In this document: in pieces, positions 42,837 through 58,280 of the stretch
How positions within the stretch are numbered: position 1 is the stretch's first letter
Layout of the letters: each line of letters opens with the position of its first letter
NCBI GenBank assembly: GCA_951406725.2
Contig: OX597830.1
Location: forward strand, 74,772,001-74,836,000
Origin: Octopus vulgaris
Taxonomy: Eukaryota
DNA: 64,000 bases
Reading direction: 5' to 3'
The notes under the pieces: model-generated
Told to the model about the DNA's origin: nothing
The model's database searches: none
Seen by the model: only the letters and a program-made list of their open reading frames with translations
Program-made: the position numbers and the translations under genes

Positions 42837-44391
42837 GAACGTGTATACATACACACATATCTGTATCTACCTATCTAAGTATCTATTTATATGGTAGTCA
42901 ATTTTCATCCTATCGGATTTCCATCTGTATACATCCATCACTAACCCTAAATACTATTTTTCCTTGACTAGAGTGTTAATAAGTACCTTCAAACGTGTTG
43001 CTTGACTTAAATGAAACATCGACTAATTATCCCTCAATCGCCTCCTTCATTCCTAAGTAAAGAATATATATATTCATGGAAACACTACATGAATAAAATA
43101 CAATTTGATTGTCAATAATTTTTATCATTTGCCTACTTGATCAAAGTAAAGATGCTACGATGGACTTGCCTCATATTTGCTTTTGAACAAAATTAATGTA
43201 AACGAACCTGATCGGATCAAATTTCTTCTTTCATGAATCAAGTTTTCTTTTCCTTTCTTGACGCAGAAATTTATAGATGATTATTACGTTGTTTCACCGA
43301 ATTAAATATCTAGATTTCGTATGATAGAGAAGTTTACAAAACGCCAAACATTGGATCTTGTTTCTTTTGTTAAAGTTTCTAATTGTGACTTACATTATGT
43401 CCCATACGAAATGTTATAAAGTGCACCAAAAAATCTAGCTTAATTTTTTTTTTAATTCCCGATTTTTCTTATGCTTCATTCCATAGCTTACGCTGTTAAA
43501 ACCATACGACTTACATAACCGTCGAGATAAATAGATAATGCTGAGATAAAATGTGTTATAAAGTTTTCATAAAACATGAAACCTGAGGGCTCTTGTTTTA
43601 AAGTTCGTCAAACGTGAGAGGGCTGAATGCAAAACCGACATACATAGTTTCCAACTAAGACTTCGAAGAAGAACCGCAGCTTTCATTCCAAGACCACGGT
43701 TCTGGTCTATATGCTGGTAAAAAGCACTCCGTTAATAGTTAGTTATGGTTATGTGGTGATGCAGAAATTAGCAAAAAAGATTAGACGATATCTAAGGGAA
43801 TACGCAGATTGTCCGACTGGATTCCGCACTGTTTCAGTTTCTTCCCAATTTCACTCACGAAGCTGATGCCAAATGAAGCATGCCATAGGTACTACGTGAA
43901 ATGATTGACATCACAAATGTGTGTGTGTGTATGTGTGAGTAATAACTTTTATAGATACATACATATACGATCAAGGTTGAGAAGATTTTGTTGATTGACA
44001 GTTTTTTATGTACTACACAAATAGCCTTCTTAGTGGGGTATTTTAAAAGTAAATTACAAAAAGGAAAAAAAAAAAAACGTATGAGAAACAAGTAAGATAA
44101 CTCCTTTATAGTCTGATAATTGAATTTTCAGGAAATAAAAGACAGTCTAAATGCGTAGGATATTGTCCACACTGGATACATTTGTAAATGCATGTATGCA
44201 AATATGTGCTTGTGTAGGGGTGCAGGGGTTCAGGGGGTGCATCTTAATTTTCGTAGATTCGTTTATTTCATCTCATTTGATTTTTTTCACCAATATTCAT
44301 GTTTTTTCCTAGATATACCTTATTTTCTTACTGTCCAGAGCCTTTTAAAATATATATATAACGCATAAACGGAGCCTGACAGTTATATTTG

Positions 44392-44507
<116 letters not shown>

Positions 44508-45331
44508 GTATATATGTGTGTTTATATATATATATATACATATATATATGAATGTATATATGTATAAGAATGCATGTATGTATAAGCGCAAGTGCATATT
44601 TTTATTGAATCTCTTCGTATATACACACATACTTATGTATACAATAAAACAACCAACACACACACGTGCATTCAAACACAAACACACAATAACAACAGTA
44701 CTAAACATACACAACTGTATATAATGATGTCGGCAAAAGTACACAAATATTACTAAATGCTGCTGGATGTATATGTGTGTGAGGGATAAGGATAGTGTAT
44801 TAGGAATATATATATATATGTGTGTATGTGTGTAATTGTACTTGTGTGTGTATATAAATTGATATATATTCATAGTACACTATCTTTCGCTCTCTCACAC
44901 ACACATGGACAAATGTACAGGTATACATACATAGAGACATACATACAAACGTACTTACATACAAACTTGTGAGCTTACACAATTTTGTAAGCAACCGTGC
45001 GAGTGTTTGCATTTAGACGATTATAAAGTTACAGGTATAATCATATAATCACAAACACACATATACACACTACGCACGTTAAAGGTAGATAAACACAGAA
45101 AAATCACAGATGCACACACACACACACACACACCCACATACATATATATTATATATATATATAACACGTGAAAAAGAAAATTTCAAGAGAGAGAGAGAGA
45201 GAGAGAAAGAGAGATGTGCTCAATGTATTCACAGGAACAGTGAAAATATGACTTTATATATAAAATTATTCATATATATGTGCATATTTATGCATATGAG
45301 TATATACGCATATGCATATCTTCATACGTAA

Positions 45332-45388
<57 letters not shown>

Positions 45389-46031
45389 TATATATATATA
45401 TATGTATATCTATATCATATATATATATGTATATCTATATTATATATATGTAGTATGTATATGTGTATGCATGCATATATATCTGTGTGTACGTACGCAT
45501 GTAAAAGAGTGCACAGATATGTGACTATAAGCACACACAAAAACACACTATATACACACACACACACTTACACAAACACATACGAACGTTCAATAAATAT
45601 AGAGATACGCATACATGTATACGTGCATATCATAAATGCGTGTTTTTCACAGATCTAAGTAAACATGCTTCTGAATAAGTTAGCCTCTTTACATGGAATA
45701 TATTTACATTTTGCTTATCTCCGTAAGTATGTGACGGTCTTGTGAAGGTTTACCTTCATAGGCAGGATTTTGGATTTTATTGATACAATATTCAGTGTGG
45801 AGGTGGAAAATCGGACAGTTTATGGATAATAGAATTCGTTTTACGGATGAAGTCTTTTTAGCTTTATTGGCATAGGGAGTTTAGTTTATAAATAATATAT
45901 ATATGAGCACGCCGCGCGTGAAGAGACTGTCTACTTTACAGGTTGATGTATATATGTATATGTCTGTTGTGTGTATTTTCCGATATGTGTGCTTATACTT
46001 CCGTATATATATGTGTTTATGTATATGTACA

Positions 46032-46112
<81 letters not shown>

Positions 46113-46182
46113 ATATATATATATATATGTATGTATATATATATATATACATACATATATATATGTACATAAATATACATAC

Positions 46183-46227
<45 letters not shown>

Positions 46228-46294
46228 CATATACATATATGTGTGTATTTATGTATATATATACGTATATATATACGTATATATATATATACAT

Positions 46295-46339
<45 letters not shown>

Positions 46340-46678
46340 GTGTGTATATAAGCAGTGATATACCAGCATATACATATGAATGAGTATTCAGGTATATCAA
46401 TATATATTTGTACACACACACACACATAAACACACACGCAGACACATACATATATAATATATATTCATATATATAAGTGAATTTATGCCTCATTGTGTGT
46501 ACATAAACTGTTTGCTTAATATCGCTGCGTTATTTATATAAACATGAATAAACATCCATATATATATGTATATATATATATATATATGTATACGTCTGTG
46601 TATGTGTATTTATACCTGTGTGTTTATATAATATATAAACACAAACACCTCTACACACATGGAGATATATATATATAT

Positions 46679-46808
<130 letters not shown>

Positions 46809-47440
46809 TTATATATATATATACGTTTATGCATGTATATGCGTGTCTCCTTGCATACCTGTATGCGTATAAGTGATTTTACTGTGATTACATGTATACG
46901 TTGATGTCTTTGAGTTTGTGTACAAGGGCGATTCCAGGCTGTGTTGCAAATAGTTTGAGTTTATTGATAGAACATAAAGATTTTTTTGATGGATTATAAC
47001 CTATGTTTTGTGATACAAAACGGGGAAAAAATAAAGATGGTTTTTTCGTTGATGCTTTTCTTTTTTCCTAAAGTGATGTGTTTATAGGCGAAAATACCGC
47101 GAAAGCATTGAAGATCAAGCGTTTACTCAACTTGCGGTTACACTTCTTGGTCATGTTCATATATCTATATACATACATACATGCATACATACATAAATAT
47201 ATATTATGTACATACATACATATATATATATATTCATATATATGGATAGAAGCATATATATATATATGTATAGAAGCATATAGATGTATATATGTGCATA
47301 TATATATTTGTATGTGTATATATAAGAATATTTATATTTATATTTTTATGTGTGCGTGTAAATATGTATACATATATATGCATATATATGTATATATATT
47401 TATGCATGTATATATATATACATGTATATATATATATATA

Positions 47441-47471
<31 letters not shown>

Positions 47472-47639
47472 TCATAAATATATACTTAGGTAATTTTGTG
47501 TGTATATATGTGTATATGTAAACACATACTGATTTATGCTTACATATATTGCACATACATGCATATATATATATATATATATGAATATATATATAGAGAG
47601 AGAGGGAACTATATACATAGACACAATGTATATTTACAA

Positions 47640-47688
<49 letters not shown>

Positions 47689-47980
47689 TATATATATATA
47701 TGGGAACACTGTCATGCATTTATTTATATATGTATGTATAATATTGATGCAGACAGTTATACAAATACAGACTGAAGACACACGCTTATATTTTTACGAG
47801 TGCATATCATTGGATGCAGGTCTTTGTACACATATAATGCCTAATATTGTGTGTGCATTTGCATGTGTTCTCGCGTGTGTGTTTGTACGTGAGAGTGATT
47901 GCGTATACTCATGCACATAGCAGACACTTATATTGCAATGGAACCAATAGTAACATTTGTGCTTGCAGAACGTTATTAGT

Positions 47981-48192
47981 TCTCAGACACAAGGCAAAAA
48001 CGCATCTGATTTAGAATAGGGTTAATACTCAGTTGTATGGACTGTAGTTCATGAGTGGTACATTAACATAGCGACACCTCTCAGGAGGGATGAAAGTCAA
48101 TTTTGATAACTGTGGAGTGTGAACTCTGAACTTAACGTGTTGGAATAAAAACTACTATGACGTTATTACAATTCGACCAATCCACCGCCCTT
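47981..48192 (-). mobile_element. Highly decayed SINE family A copy
   Basis: The landmarks agacacaaggc, ggatgaaagtcaa, tgaactctgaac and ccaccgccctt occur in the expected order. Confidence 0.55.
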
Positions 48193-48196
48193 AAGC

Positions 48197-48249
<53 letters not shown>

Positions 48250-48260
48250 TAATAATATTG

Positions 48261-48351
<91 letters not shown>

Positions 48352-48368
48352 TAATGATAATAATATTG

Positions 48369-48462
<94 letters not shown>

Positions 48463-48473
48463 TAATAATATTG

Positions 48474-48517
<44 letters not shown>

Positions 48518-48578
48518 AATGATAATAATAATAATAATAATGATAATAATAATAAAAATAATAATAATGATAATAATG

Positions 48579-48618
<40 letters not shown>

Positions 48619-48645
48619 TAATAATAATGATAATAATAGTAATAA
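48197..48645. repeat. Long (AAT)n array with higher-order periodicity
   Basis: The variant gataataatattgat recurs at 48248, 48356 and 48461; aataaaaataataataatgat recurs at 48551 and 48611. Confidence 0.95.
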
Positions 48646-49334
48646 TATATTGTTGCATTTGGCAGCAGAAATACTGCAATTCATTTTTCCTACACACTAA
48701 TGAGTCTCATTACCACCATCTTAATAATAATAATCATCACCATCCTCATCACCACCCCCACCCCCATCACCACCACCATCATCATCATCGTCGTCGTCGT
48801 CGTCGTCGTCATCTTTTTCGAAATTCGTCTTTATCATCGTCTTCATCGTCGTAAGCATTAGTTATAAATAAATTTTGATGGATTTAATGAATGACTGTAA
48901 TGTTTCGCTTTGGGGATGGTGACAGCAGTGAACAGTTATGTATATTTCTCTCTCTCTATATATATATATATCGTGTGTTTTACCACACAGAAATAGGTGT
49001 CATATCGCAGGTGTCCACGCTCCATTTAGCATGCCATCACATTCCATATCGTGTTACATATAAAGACACTGGAACATGTGCTTAATAAAGACACTTAAGG
49101 AAACCCCAGACAGATTGCATATGACAGTGATTGATAATTACTTGCTAGATGTTCTACTAGATGGAACCAATGTAAAATGAATAAATAGAACTGAATAAAC
49201 GAAAGAAACAAACTAGGACAAAATAATAAAATGGTCTCTACACGCTGGCATAAATTCAAAATGAATGCAATGTGGGGCGAGATATATTTACGACCCTATT
49301 ATACATACATAAAATAAGTTTTATCTGTATACAC

Positions 49335-49592
49335 TTACTCTTTTACTTGTTTCAGTCATTTCACTGCGGCCATGCTGGAGCACCGCCTTTAATCGAGCAA
49401 CTCGACCCCGTGACTTATTCTTTTGTAAGCCAAGTACTTATTCTATCGGTCTCTTTTGCCGAACCGCTAAGTAACGGGGACATAAACACACCAGCATCGG
49501 TTGTCAAGCAATGCTAGGGGGACAAACACAGACACACAAACACACACACGCATATATATATATATATATAAACATATATACGACGGATTTCT

Positions 49593-49593
<1 letters not shown>
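49335..49593 (-). mobile_element. SINE family C, 3' two-thirds
   Basis: Reverse complement of ~55470-55700, including the tail ggcggtgctccagcatggccgcag. Confidence 0.9.
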
Positions 49594-49624
<31 letters not shown>

Positions 49625-49638
49625 TGTATGTATGTATG

Positions 49639-49727
<89 letters not shown>

Positions 49728-49918
49728 ATGATTAGTGTATACTTCATTGCTTGTTTGTAAATATTTAAAGCAGATTCTTATCGGCAGTCCACTTTAGATC
49801 GATTAAAGTGAGAAATATTTCCAATTTCAAAATACATCAATAAATATCAAATTATCCTCATATGTATGTGCGTGTTTGTACGTATGTATGTGTGTGAATG
49901 TATTTATGTGTGTGTATG

Positions 49919-49951
<33 letters not shown>

Positions 49952-51895
49952 GTATATATTTCAACATTATATAATTATATATGTATGTGTGTGTATATAT
50001 ACGTAATGCAATATATACATATAAACCAACACATGCGTAAATGTTCTAGGATGTCTCTCTGAAATAGAGAGTCACACAGAGGATACAGACGTCGTAAAAG
50101 GAGACTGAAATATTCATTGTTTGTACCTAGTCTTTGGACACATATACAGGGGCACATACACACATCATTGACTGATTGAGAGATTGCTGGATGAGCAGGT
50201 AGACAGAAGGTCAGTTTATTGTGCACTGTATACCCCTCGTAAGTATATTTGAATAAACAATAATATGCTCAGTACACACATTTGATGTTGTCTTTCTTAT
50301 CTGAGTTAACAATTTTCAATCTGAGTAGGGTGTAGCAATCTTGATCTCCATATTGGTCTCTGTACATTTATTTTGCTGTCTTACGATCACCTTATAATTT
50401 AAAGAAAAGCTCTTATAATATTTTGCTTGTGACCAGTTCCCTGCAGCCTTCCAGCTGTTGGTGAAGTAGCATAAAAATTGTATAGTATTGCGCAGAAATT
50501 CACCGTAATTCTCACGGAGAGTCAGCGTAATAATGAGTTATAGGACTGGACCATTGAATTTATAGATAGATCAACAGAAAATCCTTTCCAGAACTTTCTT
50601 TCTATCTTATATAATTAGTATTGATCAGCTTGATTAGTATTGTTAGCTTATAACAGCAGACGTTACATGAATTTGTGCGTTAGTAGTTACGCCTTTTTTC
50701 TTCTCCAATATATTTTCATAAGTTTGCCCTACATATCTATGCTTGTTTTGTTTTATATATTTAGTTAGCTCTTGTTCTCAGCAGGGCCAGCGCTAGAAAG
50801 TGCGGGGCCCAATTAGAGAATAGTGAATGGGAACCTCTGCTCTACAAATGCTGACGATTGATGTTTTATGCTTTATGAAGTACACCAGTCACAGCCATAA
50901 AGCACTGAGGGCTTCAGGCACCACCATTATCCATGATGATATAGTAAAAATTCCTCACAACGTACTTCGCTCGAGCGGGTGCGCGGGACCCCTGTCTTGG
51001 CGGAGAACCCATTTTGAAGAAATATGTTTAATTCCCATAAAATCGATTCTGTAACATAATGCTTTCCTTTCATAAGTTCCAAGTTACTCTGATGGCTGAA
51101 ACAATTTAGGGATGTATAGTGCGTATTTTGCATGGACGCCCGGGAAATATGCCCTGAATATCACGTGTGATACACGGACAGGAAGAGTTTTATGTATGCT
51201 CTACTCATTTGCAGTTCTTCTCATGGAAAATGAGCGAGCTAGTGTGTTACTGGAATGAATCTTAGAGCCTGCTGGCAGAATCTATGCGAGACGCATTTAT
51301 AACCTTGTGTCGATTCTGTTCCATTCACAGAATTTTAGTGAATAATAAGCGTTTGAGTTCGTGGCTACTATAAAAAAAAAATAGAAGCCCAAAATGTCAA
51401 GAATTTAGATCGAAACCAGGATCTCGTGATCGCAAATCGTACGCCTTAATCATATGCCCGTAGAAGTATGTACTAATGTACATTTAATACAGTAGAATCT
51501 CCCATTCCCAACCCTATATCTAATGGACGTATGCCAAAACCGTACAAATCGTTATATTTTACTAGTATTTCTATTAGTTGAAAATCTTGATACCGAAATT
51601 GTCTTTCATCTTTCATCCTTCCGGGGGTAGATACAACAAAGAGTAAGGTCGATTTTATCAAATGGACTCTTTCTCTACGTCAGACGCTACTCACTCCCCC
51701 ACATCAACGTGGCCTTGTTCCAAAATTTATACAAGAAATCGTTATGTACTTCTAAATATTATAGTGTTATTTAGAAGTTGTTTCTAGTCTCCGATAATTA
51801 AATAAATAAATGAATGAATAAATGAATAACTAAAATTCTCTTTTTCAAATTGAGCAAAAAAAAAAGATAAATAAAATGAAATACAAACACCAAAA

Positions 51896-51936
<41 letters not shown>

Positions 51937-52036
51937 TCACATACACATACATATATTTATGTTTATGTCTGTGAACATGTGTGGACGTATGAATGAATGT
52001 GTGTGTGTGTGTGTGTGTGTGTGCGTCTGTATACAT

Positions 52037-52069
<33 letters not shown>

Positions 52070-52112
52070 CACGTACATATACGAATGTAAGGTGAATGGA
52101 TGGTTGGATGTG

Positions 52113-52161
<49 letters not shown>

Positions 52162-52608
52162 ATGTGTGTGTGTCTAGGTTTACTAAGGAGAGTAAGTACT
52201 CCATACATGTAATCAAATTCACCCAAGTGCTCGACGTTGATCGGCGTGAGTCCTCGTCCACACACGAAGTTCTCCTCTGTCACCGTATTGTTTTCGCAGC
52301 AGCTGAAATGTATGTTAAAAATACGGTAACGCGGAAGACATATTAAAGCAGTAGAAAAAAAAATACCACGACAAGCTATATAAATCAACAGAGACAGAGC
52401 CAAATTCAGACATCGATACATATAGGAGCGTCCATCTCGAACGAAGTATTCAGTAATTTCGAAGTCTATTGTAGGTACTGGAAATTTCAGTGTCTTAATT
52501 TAAGACTAGCGATTTGATTCGATTGGATTAAAACCAATCAAGAATATGGTTGTCCCTATGGGACGTCGTAACTTTTGAATGCACGCAAGGTATTTTGTAC
52601 TCGTGTGC

Positions 52609-52958
52609 TTTCTTTTACATGTTTGAGTCATTGTATAGCGACCATATTGGAGAATGGCTCTAAAAGGTTTTATTCGCTGGAATCGATATCAGTACTTCGT
52701 TTTAGATCTAGCACTTATTATATCTGCCTCTTTAACAGATCTGCAAAGTTTCGGGGACGTAAACAAACCAGCACCAGTTATCAAGTAGTGGTGGAGGTGG
52801 TCGAGGGGGACAAACACAGACACAAAACCGCTCGCAGGGACTCGGTAGGCCTGCGGCTGTAGTACAAGACAATTGACCACTGCGCCATGCAGTGGGATTG
52901 AACCCAGAGCAATGTGTGGCATAGGAGCGATTTTCTTACAGCACAGCTACGCCTGCGC
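52609..52958 (-). mobile_element. SINE family C, decayed near-full copy
   Basis: Tail cttttacatgtttgagtcatt, middle ggggacgtaaacaaaccagcacc...ggggacaaacacagacac, head cagtgggattgaacccag...cacagctacgcctgcgc. Confidence 0.75.
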
Positions 52959-53732
52959 ATACATGTCTATGTGTGTATGTGTGTGTCTGTGTGGTGGGGG
53001 AGTGTGGGTGGGATTATATAAGGCTAGAAGCAGAAGGAAGGGCGGTTACGACAGGAACACCGTTGATCGTAGGTCTTCCCGATCGACACTCAACCGAGTC
53101 TAAGCCACTAAAAATAACAAAAACAAAAACATCTGCAACAATCACTTCAATGCTTACACACAAGCACGGTATTCATTCAATTGTAGACTACCAGTTGTTA
53201 TCACAGTAGGTGGTAGCACGTAATAGATACTTAAGTCTGCTCTTTTTCTCAGCTCACTGAACCTGGGGGCGTGTCGCTCCATCTACAATCTAAACACACA
53301 ATGACGACAATCATGATATCCCACCTCTACTAGAAATAAAGAGCACATCCATCCTCGTGCCACACACAAACGAGTCACTGATTCGGAGGTTCTAAATAGT
53401 TTTGATTTCATAGCGCACGGGATCAAACAAAATCTAAACACTTCATTTCGCAAGGAGAGTTTTAGCTGGCGTATATTGTACGACAACCCACGAGATAGAC
53501 GTAGAAAGCTAGGGATTAATTTTAATTTTTTTTTTAATCCTATTTGTCTACAAGATTGTAAATAAGAGGTTTTTTCAAGGGGCTTGAACATTGCCGTGAA
53601 TTTTCTAAACGGTTAAATTCTTTCTGTAAATATCTGACGCACAACATTGCCACAGACTCCATGGCGTTCATAGTATTATAACCTCTTCTCATGTGTATGT
53701 GTAGGGGGCGAGTGTGTGTGTTATGCGTTATG

Positions 53733-53850
53733 TGTGGAAGGGTTTGCTTAATGGTTGGGGTGTTGCACTCATAATCCTAAGATCGTGTTTTCGATCCCTG
53801 GACCTGGCTATGGTGTGCATTCTTGAGCGAAACACGTCATTCTACGTTGC
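53733..53850 (+). mobile_element. Decayed tRNA-type SINE head (family B-like)
   Basis: gcttaatggtt...gatcgtgttttcgatccctggacc...ttgagcgaaacac aligns with 14939-15045. Confidence 0.6.
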
Positions 53851-53958
53851 TCTGGATCATTCAAGCCCTTGAAATGAGTACCTCTGCGGACGATACACAC
53901 ATACGCACTCAAGCTCGCTCCCGCATACACATGCATACATACACACATGTACACACAC

Positions 53959-54002
<44 letters not shown>

Positions 54003-54004
<2 letters not shown>

Positions 54005-54207
54005 GAGAAAGAAGCAACAAGAATGGATTAGTTTTTAGTACAATTGTTTCATACAAAGACAGGCTTTATTACAAGTTGCAAAAATTGCAGCAGATAAAAG
54101 TGTCCCGTACTTTTATCTGCTGCAATTTTTGCAACTTGTAATAAAGCCTGTCTTTGTATGAAACAATTGTACTAAAAACTAATCCATTCTTGTTGCTTCT
54201 TTCTCGT
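54003..54207. repeat. Perfect 99-bp inverted repeat with 7-nt spacer
   Basis: 54003-54101 is the exact reverse complement of 54109-54207; spacer gtcccgt. Confidence 0.97.
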
Positions 54208-54317
54208 TTATAATCACCCCACATTACTGTATGGTTAACACCATATAGTTTTCTGGTGCATCTAAGTTAAGTACCACATTCAGGTAAATTCATTGGAATT
54301 TACTTGAATCTTAATTG

Positions 54318-54363
<46 letters not shown>

Positions 54364-54433
54364 CCACACACTCACACTCACATATATAATATATTCAAAT
54401 ATATGGATGAATGGATTTTTGAATACACATATG

Positions 54434-54492
<59 letters not shown>

Positions 54493-54556
54493 GTAAATAT
54501 ATATATGTATATATGTATATATATGTGTGTATATATCTATGTATGTATGCATGTAT

Positions 54557-54754
54557 TTGTGTGTCTGTGTTTGTCACCCCACCACAATCGCTTGACTACC
54601 GATGTTTGCGTATTTACGTTCCAGGAACCTAGCGTTTCAACATAAGAGACCGATAGAATAAGTACTAGATTTACAAAGAGTAAATCCTGGGGTCGATTTG
54701 TTCGACTAAGAATGGTGCTCCAGCATGGCCGCCTTCAAATGACTGAAACAAGTA
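54557..54754 (+). mobile_element. SINE family C, 3' half
   Basis: Aligns with 55513-55690. Confidence 0.88.
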
Positions 54755-55315
54755 TATGAATAAAATAATAAAAGAATATATATTTACGTATATGAATGTA
54801 TGTGTGTGTGTGTTCATATAAGGACGCACACGCAAGCACACACACACACACATACGCACACACCCACCCACACACACACTCATACACGCACATGTTCGAT
54901 TTGAAAAGTATGTCTGTTCCAGTTGTTGATTTTGCTATCCCGATACACTCACTCATCAATCGTAGATAGTAAAATATTGCAATTAATATTATTGATGAAT
55001 TAGTTTGGTCTAATTGTCCCTTTAGACGCTCTTAACATTATTAATTAACCTACTTTAATCAAGGTTATCTCCTATTTATTTTTCTCTAAATAGGGCACGA
55101 ACTTTTCCTTTGTGTTGGATTGTTGTAGATAGTTTTTGTATTTTTTTTCTTTTCTTGCTTGTATGATTTTTAGGTATCTACTCCATATATATAGTATATA
55201 TATGTGTGTTAAGTATATGCGTCTGTGTGTTTCTGTGCATGCATTTATTCCTCTGTATCTGGTTGTGTGTCTCTGTGAGTATGTGTGTGTATTTATATAT
55301 TTATATATGTATGCG

Positions 55316-55702
55316 TAGGCGTAGTAGTGGCTGTGTGTTAAGTAGCTTGCTTACGAACCACATGGTTCCGGATTCAGTCCCACTGCATGCTACCCTGGGC
55401 AGGTGTCATCTACTACAGCCTCGGGCCGATCAAAGCCTTTTGAGTGGATCTGGTTGACGGAAACTGAAAGAAGCCCGTGGTATATATGTATATATTTATA
55501 TGTGTGTATATGTTTGTGTGTCTGTGTTTGTCCCCCCAACATCGCTTGACTACCGATGATGGTGTGTTTACGTCGGCAAAGGGACCGATAGAATAAGTAC
55601 TAGGCTTACAAGGAATAAGTCCTTGGGTCGATTTGCTCGACTAAAGGCGGTGCTCCAGCATGTTCATAGTCAAATGACTGAAACAAGTAAAAAGCAAAAG
55701 AG
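55316..55702 (+). mobile_element. SINE family C, full length with internal (TA/TG) microsatellite
   Basis: Pol III-like head (gtggctgtgtgtta...ggattcagtccc), acggaaactgaaagaagcccgt, internal microsatellite and LINE-like tail. Confidence 0.9.
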
Positions 55703-55836
55703 TATGCATTTATGCATGTGTATATGCGTATAATCATACGCACATCCTATCTGTATGCATATATAATTATATCGATCAATTTATATATGTTTATACTTAT
55801 GCATATATGTATATTCTTAACAGTGTTGATATATAA

Positions 55837-55872
<36 letters not shown>

Positions 55873-55874
<2 letters not shown>

Positions 55875-55978
55875 TGGAGTAAACACATAAATGTGAAACA
55901 GAGTGGAAAACGAGTCCGACGAACGGGGACGTGAAACTCAGAGTAACAGGTTTTGTTGAATTTTCCGCTGCTTTAAAT

Positions 55979-55982
<4 letters not shown>
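55873..55982 (+). mobile_element. Short TA-embedded element with hammerhead-like core
   Basis: gt-CCGACGA-acg-ggga-cgt-GAAA-ctcaga-GTA-ac at 55914-55947; (TA)n on both sides. Confidence 0.55.
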
Positions 55983-56016
<34 letters not shown>

Positions 56017-56040
56017 TATTTATTTGTATAAATATGTCAT

Positions 56041-56365
56041 TCTGTGGTGAGAAGTTTGCTTCCCAAACACATGATCCCAGGTTCAATTCCATTGCGTTGA
56101 ACCTTAGTTTATTCTAGTATAGCCACGGGTCGACCAGTTCCTTGTGTGTGGGCTTGTTAGACGGAAACTGAAAGAAGCCCGTCTTAAATATATGTGTGTA
56201 GCTTCACATGGGTGTGTGCGTGTTTGTGTGTCTTCATGTCTCTGTCAATCACTATCACTTGATAAACGGTATTGATGTGTTTTACGTCTCCGTAACCTAG
56301 CGGTTCGGCACAAGACCCGATATACTAGCTTGCAACCAGTAAACAATTAGCTCTGGGGTCGATTA
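56041..56365 (+). mobile_element. SINE family C, decayed, tail missing
   Basis: Exact acggaaactgaaagaagcccgt and colinear with 55330-55632. Confidence 0.85.
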
Positions 56366-56502
56366 ATATTTATATATATATAACTTCCAATGCGACGTTC
56401 TACTTTTCACAACGGTTTCTTAAATACACACTAAAATTTTACATCGTAAATATATACACACCTACATATATGTACATACGTATATACACACACACGCGAA
56501 TA

Positions 56503-56546
<44 letters not shown>

Positions 56547-56705
56547 TGCATGTGTTTGTATGTATATATGTATGACTATGTTGTACACACGGCACCACTA
56601 CACTATAGCTATGAATCATGTTCGGTCTGCACAATAGGAGCCGAATGGAATGGAGGTGTGATTAGTCAAGGGAATATTCTGCAGGGAGTGATAGCCTTAC
56701 GCGCC

Positions 56706-56755
<50 letters not shown>

Positions 56756-56782
56756 GTATATGTATATATACATATACATATA

Positions 56783-56824
<42 letters not shown>

Positions 56825-56918
56825 TATATGTAGGCATGTATACACATATATATATATATAATATATATATATATACATATATGATATATATATATATGTA
56901 TATATATATACATACATA

Positions 56919-56950
<32 letters not shown>

Positions 56951-56991
56951 CATACATATATATATATATGTATATATATATACATATATAC

Positions 56992-57041
<50 letters not shown>

Positions 57042-57356
57042 ATTGGGGCGTGTCAGTAGTGAAAGAAGGCAGCGGGCTGCAAGATATGTGTAGACTGATG
57101 GAAACCCAGAGAATGTATGTCGTGTAGTGTGTGTGTTATGAAGATGAATGTTGGGTGATATTTGCTGTCAGTAAAATGACGTTTTTTTTGTGTTTTTTTT
57201 TTGTCTGTGTATGTAGGGCGATTGTTTTTCTTTTTTTTTTCTGTTATTGTGGTTATCATGATGGTCATGATGATCATCAATCATGATCATGATGATCATC
57301 ATTATTGTTGTTGTTGATGTTCTTGTTGTTGATTGTTACTAATATCATAATCATAA

Positions 57357-57439
<83 letters not shown>

Positions 57440-57644
57440 ATTATTACGTTTATATAAAATCTACCCTACATATGGTGAAGACCTACAGAGGAATTTGTTA
57501 AGATTTCGCATAATTACGTATTATTATTATGATCATGATTATTATTATTATTATTATTTTTATCATCATCATCATCATCATCATCTGCTTATAATTTTTC
57601 CGCAATCAATTCCTCCTAAGTCATCAGCGCTTGAACAGCCAATC

Positions 57645-58280
57645 ATTTATTCACTCATTCACTCAGTCAAACACTTCACTCAGTCGTTCACATCACTCAC
57701 TCAAGCATTCCCTCACTCACTAATTCAGTCAATCACAGAAAGGCCACCTCATAAAGAATTATCCACTTGATAAAACAACTACCCAACTGGCTTACTCAAT
57801 CATTCAAATCATTCAATTCATTCAACCAATGCAACTTTTTCTCACTCAGTGAACCACTCAAGGAATCATTCACTCAGTCAAGCAAATACTCAATCAATTT
57901 ATTCTCATCACTCACCCATTCATTTATTCACTCAACTAAGCAAATATTCCCTTATTCAGTGGACCATTTAAGAAATTATTCTCTCAATTAGCCAATTAGA
58001 CATGTCACTCGCATCCCAATATCACTCCTATCACTCACATAAATCAGTTATTCAAACAAGCATTTACTCTCCTTCCCCCTCTTTCTTTCTCTAAAACTAA
58101 ACGACGTAAAATATTATTCACTCACTCATTCATTCAAACCTGTTCACAAATACTCATTCACGCCACCGCATCTCTTTCATTCATTAGCTCTGTCATTCAC
58201 CACTTAAATGAATTTATGCGAGTCAGTTACTCATTCAGTCATTCACGCAATCACTTGAAACCCAATCAATCAATTAATCA
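57645..58280. repeat. Degenerate (TCAC/TCAT/TCAG)n low-complexity tract
   Basis: Recurrent cactcattcactcagtca-type units. Confidence 0.7.

Noticed and set aside
50782-51156. hAT MITE with CAGGGC...GCCCTG ends
   Set aside because: Only 6 bp of terminal match and no 8-bp target-site duplication.
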